27,463 nt of DNA. Origin: a virus (lineage: Duplodnaviria > Caudoviricetes). Made by a program: the position numbers and the translations under genes. Below the pieces are notes generated by a model. That model was given only the letters and a program-made list of their open reading frames with translations. It was not told the DNA's origin and did no database searches. Below are positions 13,638 to 23,756 of the stretch, one piece after another; within the stretch, counting starts at the first letter, position 1, and every line of letters starts with the position of its first letter. The stretch is from positions 1-27,463 of the IMG/VR virus record IMGVR_UViG_3300044632_001706. One strand, given 5' to 3'.

Positions 13638-15106
13638 CGTTTACGGATATGATTCCTTTTGGCCCATGGCGGCCTGATATGGGGTCGTATAGGAACGATG
13701 GCAATCTTGTCATGGCTAAGAATGTGTTGATTCAAGGTACGGATTATGTGCCTTTTAAAACATTAAGTGAACAGACGGGTGCATTGCCCAGTGATGTGAT
13801 TGGGGCGGCTCGGTTTCAAACGCCTCGTGGTTTGCAGTATATTTTTGCTGGAACAAAGACAAATCTTTATTTGCTAACGGGATCAAATACATGGTCTGAC
13901 GTGAGCGGGACAACGTACAATTCTGCGGCGATAGATTGGCGGTTTGATCTTTATGATGAAGTGGTTTTGGCGACAAACTTTGAAAATGTCCTTCAGCGAT
14001 ATGACACGACTGTAGGGGGGACGTTTGGGAATTTAGCGGGTAGTCCACCTCGGTGTCGGGATATTGCGGTATCCAATTCATTTTTGCTTGCCTTTAACCT
14101 TGTAGATGGTGGGACGGATCGTTACACCCGCCTGAGATGGTCAGCACAGGGCCTCATAACGGACTGGACGACTTCAGGGCTAGGGGCGGGCTTTAATGAT
14201 GTTAGAGAGGACGTAGGAGGCACTGGGCAGCGTGTAATGGCCCTTAATGACTATGCGGTGTTGTTCTTTACGGATTCCATTTATCGGGTGGAATACATTG
14301 CCCAGCCAGCATCGTTTGGATTGCGGCCTTTGCCAAGGGGTCGTGGGACGTTAGCCCCCAATTCTCTTGTGAGGGATGGAAGTGTTATTTATTATTATGG
14401 GACAGATGGGTTTTATGCTTTTGACGGGACAAATTCTGTACCTATTGGGGAAAACAAGATTGATCGGTATTTTTATGATCTTGTGGACTTTGGAAAGTTA
14501 AGAAGCATTCAGGGTGCCCGTGATCCTGTGACTAAGAATATCCTATGGAGTTTTGCGTCTATCAATTCTCCCAATGGGTATCCTGATATGATGGTATCTT
14601 ATAACACGTCATTGCAGGAATGGACGGTCATTCAGTATCCTGTGCGGTTTTTGTTATCGTCGTACACGACAGCCCAAACGCTGGAGACGTTAGAGACGCT
14701 TTACGGGTCTATTGATAACATTCCTGGGTCTTTGGATGATCCGATTTATGCGGGGGGTTTGCGTGTGTTTGGTGGGTTTTCGTCAAACAACAAGTATGGG
14801 GCGTTTAGTGGTGCATCTTTGGAAGGTGAATTGCACACGGAGGATTTCCGGTTAAATAAGAATGGTCGGGCGCATTTAAGTGGCCTTCATGTGGTTACGG
14901 ATGCAACGGTTATGGTGGCAACAAATCACAGAAACCTGCAGACAGAGATGCCAACGCAAACGTCGTTTGGTGCCCTTAACACAATAACGGAAAACGTAAA
15001 CTTTGATGTAATTGCGCGGTATACGCAGTTTGTCATTAAGTTATCGGGCACGTGGACACGGGCCAAGGGGTTTATGGTTGAGTTTAGACCTACGGGGAAT
15101 GAATAA
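13634..15106 (+). CDS. Tail nozzle/hub (tubular protein B, P22 gp10-like position)
   Basis: 490 aa beta-rich; IPFGPWRPD start, RLRWS, PIGENKIDRYF motifs; follows adaptor. Confidence 0.82.
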   Translation: MTFTDMIPFGPWRPDMGSYRNDGNLVMAKNVLIQGTDYVPFKTLSEQTGALPSDVIGAARFQTPRGLQYIFAGTKTNLYLLTGSNTWSDVSGTTYNSAAIDWRFDLYDEVVLATNFENVLQRYDTTVGGTFGNLAGSPPRCRDIAVSNSFLLAFNLVDGGTDRYTRLRWSAQGLITDWTTSGLGAGFNDVREDVGGTGQRVMALNDYAVLFFTDSIYRVEYIAQPASFGLRPLPRGRGTLAPNSLVRDGSVIYYYGTDGFYAFDGTNSVPIGENKIDRYFYDLVDFGKLRSIQGARDPVTKNILWSFASINSPNGYPDMMVSYNTSLQEWTVIQYPVRFLLSSYTTAQTLETLETLYGSIDNIPGSLDDPIYAGGLRVFGGFSSNNKYGAFSGASLEGELHTEDFRLNKNGRAHLSGLHVVTDATVMVATNHRNLQTEMPTQTSFGALNTITENVNFDVIARYTQFVIKLSGTWTRAKGFMVEFRPTGNE

Positions 15107-15435
15107 TGGCCGTTAATACCTATGAACGTGTGCCCAAGGTTTACAATCCTGATAACATTGATCTGGTTAAAATGACGCGCATCTGGGATGGGATGATGGA
15201 GGGCCGCCTTAATGTAACGGGTGAGTTTACCGTTGCGCCGCACACCACGTCCACAACAATTACAGATGCAAGAATGAGAGCAAATGCGTTAGTGTTTTGG
15301 GTTCCATTGACGGCACATGCAGCAGGACATACCGTAGATATGTACCTTGCGAGCAGGAATAATGGGTCTTTTGTTTTGACCCACGCATCAAAAAACCATA
15401 CAGACATGAATTATGGGTATATCATTTTAGGGTAG
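15106..15435 (+). CDS. Small tail-associated structural protein
   Basis: 109 aa, G.LN.TG.FT..TTSTTITD.R; position after nozzle. Confidence 0.65.
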   Translation: MAVNTYERVPKVYNPDNIDLVKMTRIWDGMMEGRLNVTGEFTVAPHTTSTTITDARMRANALVFWVPLTAHAAGHTVDMYLASRNNGSFVLTHASKNHTDMNYGYIILG

Positions 15436-15437
15436 TC

Positions 15438-15887
15438 ATGGATGATTTTAAGATAAGACTAGCCGATGTAGAGGATTTTCCTTTGGTGGAAAGGCTTTGT
15501 TATCAGTTTTTTTCTGAGACCATGTATAAAGTGCTTGATTACAGTCAAGAAAATACACTAGAGATGATAAGGGACTGGCAATATATCCTTTTGATTGAAA
15601 CAGGGGATGGTGTGCCAGTTGGGTTTTGTTCCCTCAATGTTTGTCATACGTATTATGTGCAGAAGGAAGGCGATGTGGACAAGTTTTACATTGTTCCTGA
15701 GTTTCGTGGCACGGTTGCATCCAGAATGTTAGCGGGTTCTGTTGTGAAGTTAGCTAAGGCTTTAGATGCAAAAATTGTGTATGCTTTGTGTGGTTCTGGT
15801 ATAAGTGAAAAAACAGATCGATTGTTTCATAACTTATGGGCAAAATTTGGTTTTAAAAAACTTGGTGTTTTAATGGTGGGGCAATAA
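15438..15887 (+). CDS. GNAT-family acetyltransferase-like protein
   Basis: IRLA..ED, VGF, FYIVPEFRGT (motif A), LWAKFGFK. Confidence 0.85.
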   Translation: MDDFKIRLADVEDFPLVERLCYQFFSETMYKVLDYSQENTLEMIRDWQYILLIETGDGVPVGFCSLNVCHTYYVQKEGDVDKFYIVPEFRGTVASRMLAGSVVKLAKALDAKIVYALCGSGISEKTDRLFHNLWAKFGFKKLGVLMVGQ

Positions 15888-15888
15888 T

Positions 15889-16818
15889 ATGGGTGGTATT
15901 TTTAAGCCAAAAAAAGGGGTTCAAACCACAACCACAACGAATTCTGCCCCTGCTTATTTGCAGCCTCAGTTGGAGTTTTCCGCTGGTGAGGCAAGAAAGC
16001 TATACGATCAAGGTGTTGGTGGTCCTTATATATCACCAGAGGAAGAGGCGGCGACGCGGGCTTTATATGACCAAGCGTCTGGCGGATTGTCTCAAACATC
16101 GTTAGCGGCGCAAAACCAACTACAAAGGACGTTGCAGGGCGATTATTTGGGTATTACGCCGGAATTGCAAAATTATATGGATGTGATTGCTCGTCGGTCA
16201 GAACAGTCATACAATGAGAATGTATTGCCGTCTTTGAGGGCGGGTTATGGGCGTTCTGGGGCTTTTGGGGGATCGGATTTTCAGCAGGGTTTAGCCACAT
16301 CAGGGAGAGATTTTTCGCGTGAACTTGCGGATAACATGTCAACGGTTGCTTTGCAGAATTATCAGGCGGAACGTGGGAATCAGCAAAATGCTTTGGGCCT
16401 TGCTCCGTCTTATGAGCAGTTGTCGTATAGTCCTTTATTGGCGCAACAAGCTGCAGGTTCTGATTTGTCAAAAATTGGTACAACTCGTCAAAATAAACCA
16501 TTGGCTTTATTAGAGGCTTTTAATCGCAATTTACAAGGTGCAAATATACCAGGTACGGGCGTTACGACATCGGCGACGCCTTATAAGAAATCGAGCTTAG
16601 GCCAGCAGCTTATTGGGGGAGGGTTGGCTTTGGGTGGGCTTGCGTTTGGTGGCCCTGTGGGTGGGATGGCTGGAGGATCATTAGGTGGTTTTTTTGGCGG
16701 CGGCGGGGCGACTAACATGGTGCAAGGCTTCCCTTCGGCGGGGAATATGCCTTTAGGGGGCAATTATAGTTATGCCCCAACTTCTATAGGTGGGTGGTTT
16801 GGAAGGAGGGGTTTTTAA
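15889..16818 (+). CDS. DNA ejection/pilot protein (gp7-like position)
   Basis: MGG start, Gly/Gln/Ala-rich, SGAFGGS motif, glycine-zipper C-terminus. Confidence 0.75.
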   Translation: MGGIFKPKKGVQTTTTTNSAPAYLQPQLEFSAGEARKLYDQGVGGPYISPEEEAATRALYDQASGGLSQTSLAAQNQLQRTLQGDYLGITPELQNYMDVIARRSEQSYNENVLPSLRAGYGRSGAFGGSDFQQGLATSGRDFSRELADNMSTVALQNYQAERGNQQNALGLAPSYEQLSYSPLLAQQAAGSDLSKIGTTRQNKPLALLEAFNRNLQGANIPGTGVTTSATPYKKSSLGQQLIGGGLALGGLAFGGPVGGMAGGSLGGFFGGGGATNMVQGFPSAGNMPLGGNYSYAPTSIGGWFGRRGF

Positions 16819-16819
16819 A

Positions 16820-18025
16820 ATGGCGATGATTCCTTCTTATCAGGATATGTTAGCGCAGGCTTTGCAGCAGCAGCCCCAACAGCAGCAAGTTATGGGTCAA
16901 TCTCAGCAAAGCAAATCCATTTTTAACAATCCTGCTTTTGGAAACGCTTTAACGCGCATGGGTGTGACCATGCTTGCGAACAGTGGGCAGGGTTTGAGTA
17001 CGGGTGAGGCACTGGGTCAGGGAGGCTTGGCTTTTTTGGACGAACAACAGCGGTATGCCCAGCAACAAAGACAAGCCATGCTGGATCAGCAGCAAAAGCA
17101 GATTCAGGATGCACAGCTTGCAAGGGCGCAGCTTCAGGACAATCTGAGTCGTTTGTCGGCGCAAAGAGAGGCCATGCAGTATGATGCGGCGGCGCAACAG
17201 GCACAAAATTTGCCGAAAGAGTATCAAGGTCTTGCGGTTCTTGATCCTCTTGGAACGGTCAAGTTAGCTGCGACGAATGCGTTTAACCAACAAGAGGCGG
17301 AACGCGATTTTGCTCAAAAAGTCCAGTTGCAGAATATGCAATACGGCAATCAGAGGGCTTTGGAAGAATATAAAGCCCGTCAAAGTGGTGGTATGGGTGA
17401 TATGCCAGCAGCCGTTAAAGAGTATCTGTTTTATCAAAGCCAAAATCCCGAGCAACAAGAAACCTTCTTGAATTTAAAGCGTCAAAATCCGCAGGATAAA
17501 AGAATTTCTGGTGAGTATGGCGATAGGTTTACGGCGATAACATCTGCACCTGATATTGCCAAATCAAGGCAACAAAAGGTTGAAAACATTTTAGCTTATT
17601 ATAATGAAGCACCAGGATGGCAAACAGGGATAGCGGGTGGTGCATTGCCAGCCTTAACGGATTCTGCGCAGTTAGCAGATAAGGAATCTGCACAACTGAA
17701 CGTGGAGTATAATCCTTTTAAAGGTCAAGGTGCTGTTTCTGATTATGAACAAAAAATGAAGGCCATGACGATTCCTGATAGATCAATGAGACAAGAAGCC
17801 TTGGCAAGGACTCAACTTGCGTCTCAGGCTTTGACGGATATTGCCGATTTTAGAAGAAATTTTGCCAACGAGTATGTCAATAAAACGGGAAAATGGGATT
17901 CTGCGGGTGAGAAGGAACTTTTTGATGCGGCGGGTAAGTATTCAAAACAGCGTTATTTAGAATTGTTTCCCGAAGAGCAGCCTAAAGGGGAGTGGACCAT
18001 GGCTCCTGTGAAAGGTGGGAAATAA
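16820..18025 (+). CDS. DNA ejection protein (gp20-like position)
   Basis: AGGAGG SD before ATG 16820; Gln-rich coiled coil; PAAVKEYLFYQSQNPEQQETFL motif. Confidence 0.72.
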   Translation: MAMIPSYQDMLAQALQQQPQQQQVMGQSQQSKSIFNNPAFGNALTRMGVTMLANSGQGLSTGEALGQGGLAFLDEQQRYAQQQRQAMLDQQQKQIQDAQLARAQLQDNLSRLSAQREAMQYDAAAQQAQNLPKEYQGLAVLDPLGTVKLAATNAFNQQEAERDFAQKVQLQNMQYGNQRALEEYKARQSGGMGDMPAAVKEYLFYQSQNPEQQETFLNLKRQNPQDKRISGEYGDRFTAITSAPDIAKSRQQKVENILAYYNEAPGWQTGIAGGALPALTDSAQLADKESAQLNVEYNPFKGQGAVSDYEQKMKAMTIPDRSMRQEALARTQLASQALTDIADFRRNFANEYVNKTGKWDSAGEKELFDAAGKYSKQRYLELFPEEQPKGEWTMAPVKGGK

Positions 18026-20805
18026 TGCCCAAGTTTCAGATAAAGGCCCCGGATGGTCAGCTTTTTGAAATCAATGGTCCTGATGGGGCAACTCAACAGC
18101 AAGCGGAGGAGTATTTTCGCAATAATTATAAACCGTCATTGCCAACGCCACAACAAGGGTCACAACCAGCCATTGGGGGTTTAGCCGACAATGTGGCAAA
18201 AAATGTGGGTTTAATGAAGGAACCCAAATATCCTGCGGTTGTTCGTGCGGCACAAAGAACATATGAGGATATAGGGCAAGGTTTAAGTGACATTGGTACG
18301 GGTGGTTTAGATTTCCTTTATTCTGGCGGTCAGGCTGTAGCGAACATTGCTGGAAATGATGTTTTACGCGGTGCTCAATCCGTTTTGGGTTTGCCCCAAA
18401 CGGAAAAGCCTGTTGAGGATATAAACCAGTATTTGAGACAGAGGGAACAGGGCATCCAAGCGGAAGAGGCTCAACGTCCCCAAACTGGGTTGGTTAATGC
18501 CAATGTTCCAAGGATGGTTGGTCAGATTGCGCCACAGATACCATTTATGCCGTTAAAGGCTGTTGGTTTGGCTCGTGGGGCCTTAGAGGGTGGCGTTCAG
18601 GCGGCGGCATTTACGCCTGCAACGGGTGAAGGAGATTATTGGACACAAAAAGCAACGCAATTTGGGTTGGGTGGGTTATTTTCTGGGGTTGGTGATGTTG
18701 CTTTAACCGGAGGCCGTGCAATTCTTGGTACAGCAAAAGGCCCCCTTACAGAGGCGGAAAAAGTCATACAGGCTGGAAAGCAAGCAAACATTCCCGTTAG
18801 AACTACGGATGTTTATCCGCCTCAATCTTGGGCGGGAAAGAAACTCCAGCAGGTTACAGACAGGATTCCTATTGCGGGTACAGGGGGGAATCTCGTTAAA
18901 ACACAAGCCGCTCGGCAAAAGTCGGCAGAGGATTTTGTTAAGCAATATGTACCAGAGGCGCAATCCGATCCTGTTTGGCTTAAAGAAATCAATGAAGAGG
19001 TAAAGTCAAAAAGCCAAGCAAAATTAGAGCAATTTAAACAATTAAAGTCGGGCGTTTTGGAAAAGCCAGAATACAATACCGATCCCATTGTTTTTGAACA
19101 GCAGAAACAGTTATTTAACAATATATCAAGCTACCGTAAAGACATTGCAAAATTAGAGGATCAGTTGAAAGGTGGACAAAGCAGGGGGTATGCTGATCTA
19201 TTGCAAGAAGAGCTAGACCCTACTTATCAGGCATCTTTGCAGGGCGTGAACATTGATAACCCAGAAGAATTTAAATCGTTACTGGAAGGGGCTACACAGA
19301 AGCTATCCCCTGTTGCTCAACCAAAAACATTAAAACAGAGAATAAACCAGCTTGGTGGCGTCAAGAATGTAGATAGAAACATCAGTGACATTAAAGCAAT
19401 GGACGTTAGGTTGCGCGGTTCTAGGAATGCGGAACAAAAATCTTTAGATTATATCCGGGAGTCTTTGGAGGATGAAGGCTGGATAAGTAGAGATGTCTCT
19501 AAGGAGGATTTGCTGGATTTAATTTCTGCGGATGAAGCGGCTCGGGATACGGGAATAGGTCATATTTACCATCCTAAAGATGCAAGCAAGGGCCTTGCTT
19601 TTGAGGATTATTTGCAGCAATTTCCACAAGTTGAGCGCGCGAAGTCTATTATTGCAACGGATTATGGGATTAATGATCCAATAATTTTTCAAAAAAACAT
19701 TGATAAAGGGATTGCCAAGGCCAAAAAGGAGTTAGAGGGAATCAACTCCCAGAGATCTTTTGATCCTACGGTGGATTCAATCACTTTAAATAATAATCTT
19801 TTGAAAAAAAGAGAGCAGTTGGATGCGTCTTTAAATCAAATGGACGTATTAAAATCGAAAGAAAAATCCGTGCCTGTTCCCTCTGTAACGGCAAAAATAG
19901 ATGAACTTTTAGGAGAATGGAATCGCCTTGCAACTCGCGGAAATGACAAAGAGGCCAAGCGGATTGTCGGCATTCTTAATAAAGAGAAGAAGGTTTTTAA
20001 TAAAAACGACGGCCTTGGTTATTTGGAGAGCAAAAGAAAATTGTTGAGTGATAAATATGCAAATGATCCATCTGCAAAGGATATAGCTAATAAAATTTAC
20101 GCGCCTTTGAATGAAGATATAGGGAATTTTTTAAAAGCAAAAAACCCATCGGATTACAGAAAATGGAAATCTGGTAACCAGGGGTTACAGGTTTTGGGGG
20201 ATGAAACGAAGAGAACGGCTTTATCTAGGGTTATCAACAAGGGTGCTGTTGTTCCCGAGGCTGCAAAAAGCATGATTTTAAGTCAAAAACCCAGTGAGGT
20301 TGCAAATATAGGGCGGTATTTAAACGAAAAAGGAAAGAATAATGCAAAAAAGGTTATTGTAGAGGATTTGTTTGCCCGTTCTAAGATTGATGGCGGGGAT
20401 ACGATTGACCCTGATAAGTTTCTCAAGATTGCTTCTCAAAGAAGCAACCAGTTTAAAACATTTTTCTCTAAACAAGAACAAGATGCTTTTGAGGGGCTTA
20501 AAACTGCTTTAATGGCAACAAAAGACGCTGAAAGGTTTTCAAAATCAACGCCTTGGCTTCAAACAGTAACATTAAGTGGTGTTCCTCTTTTAGGTGTTTT
20601 TGTTGGTACGGGAAGTGCTAAGGCTGCGGCAGGTGTTGCGGCGGGTGTTGGTTTGGCGGGTCGTGCGTATCAAAGTAAGGCCGTGCGCGATACGTTGGTG
20701 GCCCTTGGTAGGGTGAAGAAAAATTCCACGGCAGAACAAAAGTTGATTGATAAATTTATCAGTTTACAATCAGGCCAAATGATGGCTAGGGAACAGACAA
20801 AATAG
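18025..20805 (+). CDS. Large DNA ejection/transfer protein, P22 gp16-like, with internal insertion
   Basis: TAATG overlap start (MPKFQIKAPDG..GPDGAT); TTDVYPP..GK..Q..RIP.AGTGG, KG..VPE..SQKPSE, GRAYQSKAVRD motifs recalled from the gp16 family. Confidence 0.8.
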   Translation: MPKFQIKAPDGQLFEINGPDGATQQQAEEYFRNNYKPSLPTPQQGSQPAIGGLADNVAKNVGLMKEPKYPAVVRAAQRTYEDIGQGLSDIGTGGLDFLYSGGQAVANIAGNDVLRGAQSVLGLPQTEKPVEDINQYLRQREQGIQAEEAQRPQTGLVNANVPRMVGQIAPQIPFMPLKAVGLARGALEGGVQAAAFTPATGEGDYWTQKATQFGLGGLFSGVGDVALTGGRAILGTAKGPLTEAEKVIQAGKQANIPVRTTDVYPPQSWAGKKLQQVTDRIPIAGTGGNLVKTQAARQKSAEDFVKQYVPEAQSDPVWLKEINEEVKSKSQAKLEQFKQLKSGVLEKPEYNTDPIVFEQQKQLFNNISSYRKDIAKLEDQLKGGQSRGYADLLQEELDPTYQASLQGVNIDNPEEFKSLLEGATQKLSPVAQPKTLKQRINQLGGVKNVDRNISDIKAMDVRLRGSRNAEQKSLDYIRESLEDEGWISRDVSKEDLLDLISADEAARDTGIGHIYHPKDASKGLAFEDYLQQFPQVERAKSIIATDYGINDPIIFQKNIDKGIAKAKKELEGINSQRSFDPTVDSITLNNNLLKKREQLDASLNQMDVLKSKEKSVPVPSVTAKIDELLGEWNRLATRGNDKEAKRIVGILNKEKKVFNKNDGLGYLESKRKLLSDKYANDPSAKDIANKIYAPLNEDIGNFLKAKNPSDYRKWKSGNQGLQVLGDETKRTALSRVINKGAVVPEAAKSMILSQKPSEVANIGRYLNEKGKNNAKKVIVEDLFARSKIDGGDTIDPDKFLKIASQRSNQFKTFFSKQEQDAFEGLKTALMATKDAERFSKSTPWLQTVTLSGVPLLGVFVGTGSAKAAAGVAAGVGLAGRAYQSKAVRDTLVALGRVKKNSTAEQKLIDKFISLQSGQMMAREQTK

Positions 20806-20814
20806 GAAAAGCAA

Positions 20815-21888
20815 ATGCCGATTAAGGATTACAGCACAACAGCGGCCAACAACACTCTAACGCCTCCTAACGGGGCACCAGAGGGCATGGCGGCGGGTTT
20901 GGTGAACAATACCATGCGTCAACTGATGGCAGACACACGTTCGTTTTACGAGGGCGGTGGATGGTGTGATTTAGGCCACGTTCCTACCTACGTTAGTGCC
21001 ACATCGTTTGCCATTCCTACGGATGTGACTGCTTATTACACAGTGGGGCGGCGTATTCGTGTTTATGGCCCGATTATGGGTACGTTTTACGGGAATATCA
21101 CAGCAAGTGCTTATTCTTCCCCTAACACAACGGTCACGGTTGTTTTGGATAGTGGGGCATTGACAAGCAATTTATCGCGGGTGGATTTGGCGTTTACGGA
21201 TTATGAGGCACAAAGATTATCTAATAATTCCGTTACTACGGCAAAAATTTCCGATGGTTCTGTGACGCCATCAAAATTATCTACAAATGGTCCTTATTGG
21301 GATTCTTCAGGAAGAGTGGGTATAGGGACAACCTCTCCCGTTAATGAAAGCAGGCTTACTGTTGCGGGTAACAGTCTTTCTGTAACGGGTCCCGATGGGA
21401 ATTTTTCCGGTGGTGGAAACCGTGCTTTCATAGACTTTGTGTCTGGCGCGGCTAGGTTTGGCTCAGCTAACGGAGGAGGAGCCGCAACATCATTAACGCT
21501 TGTTTCAAACAATGCGGAGGCAGCTAGAATTGATTCTAGTGGGAATTTTGGGATAAATTCTGGCTTTGGCTCTGTTGGCACAATTTACGGTTGCCGTGCT
21601 TGGGTAAACTTTAATGGTACGGGGACTGTTGCGATTCGCGCTTCTGGGAATGTCAGCAGTATAACGGATAACGGCGTTGGGGATTATACCATTAATTTAA
21701 CAAATTCAATGCCAGATGGTAATTATAGTGTTTTATTAGCCAGTCAATCTAACGGGTCCACTGTAGATTTAATTTGTATTAAAGACGGATTTGGTCCAGG
21801 TGCGGGAAATTTTAGGGTTTTTAATGCTGTTGCAACAACGGGCGCTGGAAGAGACCCTTTGATTGTATCGGCGGCTATTATTAGATAG
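20815..21888 (+). CDS. Tail fibre / receptor-binding protein
   Basis: N-terminal YSTTAANN..GAPEGM..VNN.MRQ.MA anchor, DSSGRVGIGTTSP repeats, C-terminal RAWVNFNGTGTVAIRASGNVSSITDNG.GDY domain. Confidence 0.88.
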   Translation: MPIKDYSTTAANNTLTPPNGAPEGMAAGLVNNTMRQLMADTRSFYEGGGWCDLGHVPTYVSATSFAIPTDVTAYYTVGRRIRVYGPIMGTFYGNITASAYSSPNTTVTVVLDSGALTSNLSRVDLAFTDYEAQRLSNNSVTTAKISDGSVTPSKLSTNGPYWDSSGRVGIGTTSPVNESRLTVAGNSLSVTGPDGNFSGGGNRAFIDFVSGAARFGSANGGGAATSLTLVSNNAEAARIDSSGNFGINSGFGSVGTIYGCRAWVNFNGTGTVAIRASGNVSSITDNGVGDYTINLTNSMPDGNYSVLLASQSNGSTVDLICIKDGFGPGAGNFRVFNAVATTGAGRDPLIVSAAIIR

Positions 21889-21897
21889 GATTTTACC

Positions 21898-22152
21898 ATG
21901 AGCCAATGCATTATTTATAAAAAAGACGAAGGTGGTATTGCGGTGATTTATCCAACACAAGAGGCTTTGTCTACTTATGGAATACAAGCCATTGCGCTAA
22001 AGGATGTTCCTGAAGGGAGAGCCTTTAAAATTATTAATGATCAAGATTTGCCTGATCGCAGCACAAGAAATTATTGGGATGTCGATGTCAATCTTTTAAC
22101 AGATGGCATCGGTGCTGAAGGTAATAATTTTCCTAACAATGGTGGTTTATGA
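21898..22152 (+). CDS. Tail fibre assembly/partner protein
   Basis: IIY...GGIAVIYP...IALKDVP.G..FKII...DLP.R..RN.W; follows the fibre gene. Confidence 0.7.
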   Translation: MSQCIIYKKDEGGIAVIYPTQEALSTYGIQAIALKDVPEGRAFKIINDQDLPDRSTRNYWDVDVNLLTDGIGAEGNNFPNNGGL

Positions 22153-22460
22153 CAATTATCACAATTAATAATAGCCTTTACACGCCTCCTATTCCTACCA
22201 TAACGGCCACGCAAATGCTGATTGTTTTACAGGCCATGGGATTTATAACGGAAGCAGAGTCCACGGATAGGACGATATTCCCAACGGCCTTTAGTGCTTT
22301 GCTTAGTGGCACGGCGGCAGAGAATGCAGCAATTAAAATACGATGGGCGAATTTAACCTATGTGGAAAGAAACGATTCGCTTGTCTCAGCTTTTGCCGCC
22401 CTATTATCACTCACAAGCGAACAGATTGACGGTATGTTTATACAGGCGGCGGCGATATGA
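22149..22460 (+). CDS. Probable tail fibre chaperone-like protein
   Basis: ITATQ..W....VERND.LV....L.LTSEQID.MF.QAA pattern; ATGA coupling. Confidence 0.6.
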   Translation: MTIITINNSLYTPPIPTITATQMLIVLQAMGFITEAESTDRTIFPTAFSALLSGTAAENAAIKIRWANLTYVERNDSLVSAFAALLSLTSEQIDGMFIQAAAI

Positions 22461-22840
22461 GATTCATATCCATCATTTTAGAGGGCCTAAAAACGCCAGA
22501 CGATCAGAAACGTGACTGGTATGGGTGGGTGACAAACCAAATGGGGCACTTTACTATTGGTGTGATTATCACGGCTATTGCTGTTCAGCTTTTGCCAATT
22601 CATTTTGCGATTCTTCCTGCTTTGGTTTTTGCTGGGGCAAAAGAAAGCATTGATATGCTTAGAAATTCTTCTTTCAAGGATTCTTTGATTGACTGGATAT
22701 TTCAGGGTGTGGGGGGCATCTTTTCTATTGTATTTTTTATCAAAAACATGGATTTTTTGAATCTAACCATAGGTTCTTTTCTTGTGTTTTTGGTTTTTGG
22801 TGTTATACCAAGAGTGAGACGGGCTTTTCGGAAACAATAA
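22457..22840 (+). CDS. Multi-pass membrane protein
   Basis: Three to four hydrophobic segments with polar residues NQMGH..KE..D..DS..D. Confidence 0.75.
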   Translation: MRFISIILEGLKTPDDQKRDWYGWVTNQMGHFTIGVIITAIAVQLLPIHFAILPALVFAGAKESIDMLRNSSFKDSLIDWIFQGVGGIFSIVFFIKNMDFLNLTIGSFLVFLVFGVIPRVRRAFRKQ

Positions 22841-22859
22841 TTAAAAATACGAGGTTTTT

Positions 22860-23267
22860 ATGGCAATTCAACTAGGCGTTACTGCTCGTAATAACAGTCT
22901 CGATTCATTTGAAACAACAGTGGGGACGGCTGCCAAATTAAAAGTTTTTACAGGAGCGCAGCCAGCAAACTGTGCGGCGGCAAATTCTGGTACTGTTTTG
23001 GCAACACTTACTTTGCCTAGCGACTGGATGTCTGCGGCTTCTGGTGGCGTTAAATCCCTTTTAGGTACATGGCAAGATACGGCAGCAGATGCCACAGGAA
23101 CAGCAGCACATTTTCGTATTTACGATAATGCTGAAACAACGTGTCACCTTCAAGGCAGCATAACGGCTACGGGCGGTGGCGGTGATATAACCGTGGATAA
23201 CGTCTCTTTCGCCACGGGCCAGCAATTTACGATCACATCGTTTTCTTTGACAGCCGGTAACGCTTAG
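22860..23267 (+). CDS. Ala/Thr/Gly-rich beta-sandwich virion protein (decoration/fibre base-like)
   Basis: GAGG SD; RN..LD...KVFTG.QPA...ADATGTA.HFRI motif recalled from phage structural genes. Confidence 0.7.
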   Translation: MAIQLGVTARNNSLDSFETTVGTAAKLKVFTGAQPANCAAANSGTVLATLTLPSDWMSAASGGVKSLLGTWQDTAADATGTAAHFRIYDNAETTCHLQGSITATGGGGDITVDNVSFATGQQFTITSFSLTAGNA

Positions 23268-23278
23268 AAAGTATTTTT

Positions 23279-23755
23279 ATGGTATCCCAGGTCCTTATCG
23301 ACAAGGTCGCGGAATCTCAATTTAACGGTCTGCCTGAGTGGCAGGTTGCTAATATCCTCAATGCACCGGATGCCAGTTTGCCAAAAGTTAAACAGGATAT
23401 TAAGCCACAAGATTTGCGTCTAGCGTTTTTTAGTGCCATTCCAGCGATTAAGCGGCTGGTTCACCAGACGTATTTGGATAGCGCAGATCCGAACGTGCGG
23501 GCTTTAGCTGAGGTGTGCAGTCTCGCCATAGAATCAGTGTCAGTTGAGACCCGCGAAATTATATTCACTAGTAACCCTGAGACATTTGCCCAGCTTGAGG
23601 CGCTTTCGCAAGTTCTGCTGAACGCAGGGCTGATTTCAACGGACATTCGCAACGCCGTTCTTTCTTTGCCGGATAAAACAGTATCATGGGCAGAAGCCAA
23701 TAATTTACCACCTGTCACAGCGCGTGACGTAGGATTAGCGAGAGGAGCATCATAG
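23279..23755 (+). CDS. Hypothetical helical protein of the appendage module
   Basis: 158 aa; VA.ILNAPD and SWAEANNLP.VTARDVGLARG. Confidence 0.7.
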   Translation: MVSQVLIDKVAESQFNGLPEWQVANILNAPDASLPKVKQDIKPQDLRLAFFSAIPAIKRLVHQTYLDSADPNVRALAEVCSLAIESVSVETREIIFTSNPETFAQLEALSQVLLNAGLISTDIRNAVLSLPDKTVSWAEANNLPPVTARDVGLARGAS

Positions 23756-23756
23756 T

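Noticed and set aside
15438-15887. GNAT gene as a toxin or novel accessory enzyme
   Set aside because: A GNAT-fold gene just before the ejection genes is common in podovirus-like phages and no antitoxin partner is adjacent
9411-21900. Genome-wide TAG recoding, suggested by three TAG + 9 nt in-frame junctions (9413/9423, 20805/20815, 21888/21898)
   Set aside because: Conserved genes are full length in the standard code, other TAG stops are followed by out-of-frame genes, and at two junctions TAG simply overlaps an AGGA SD
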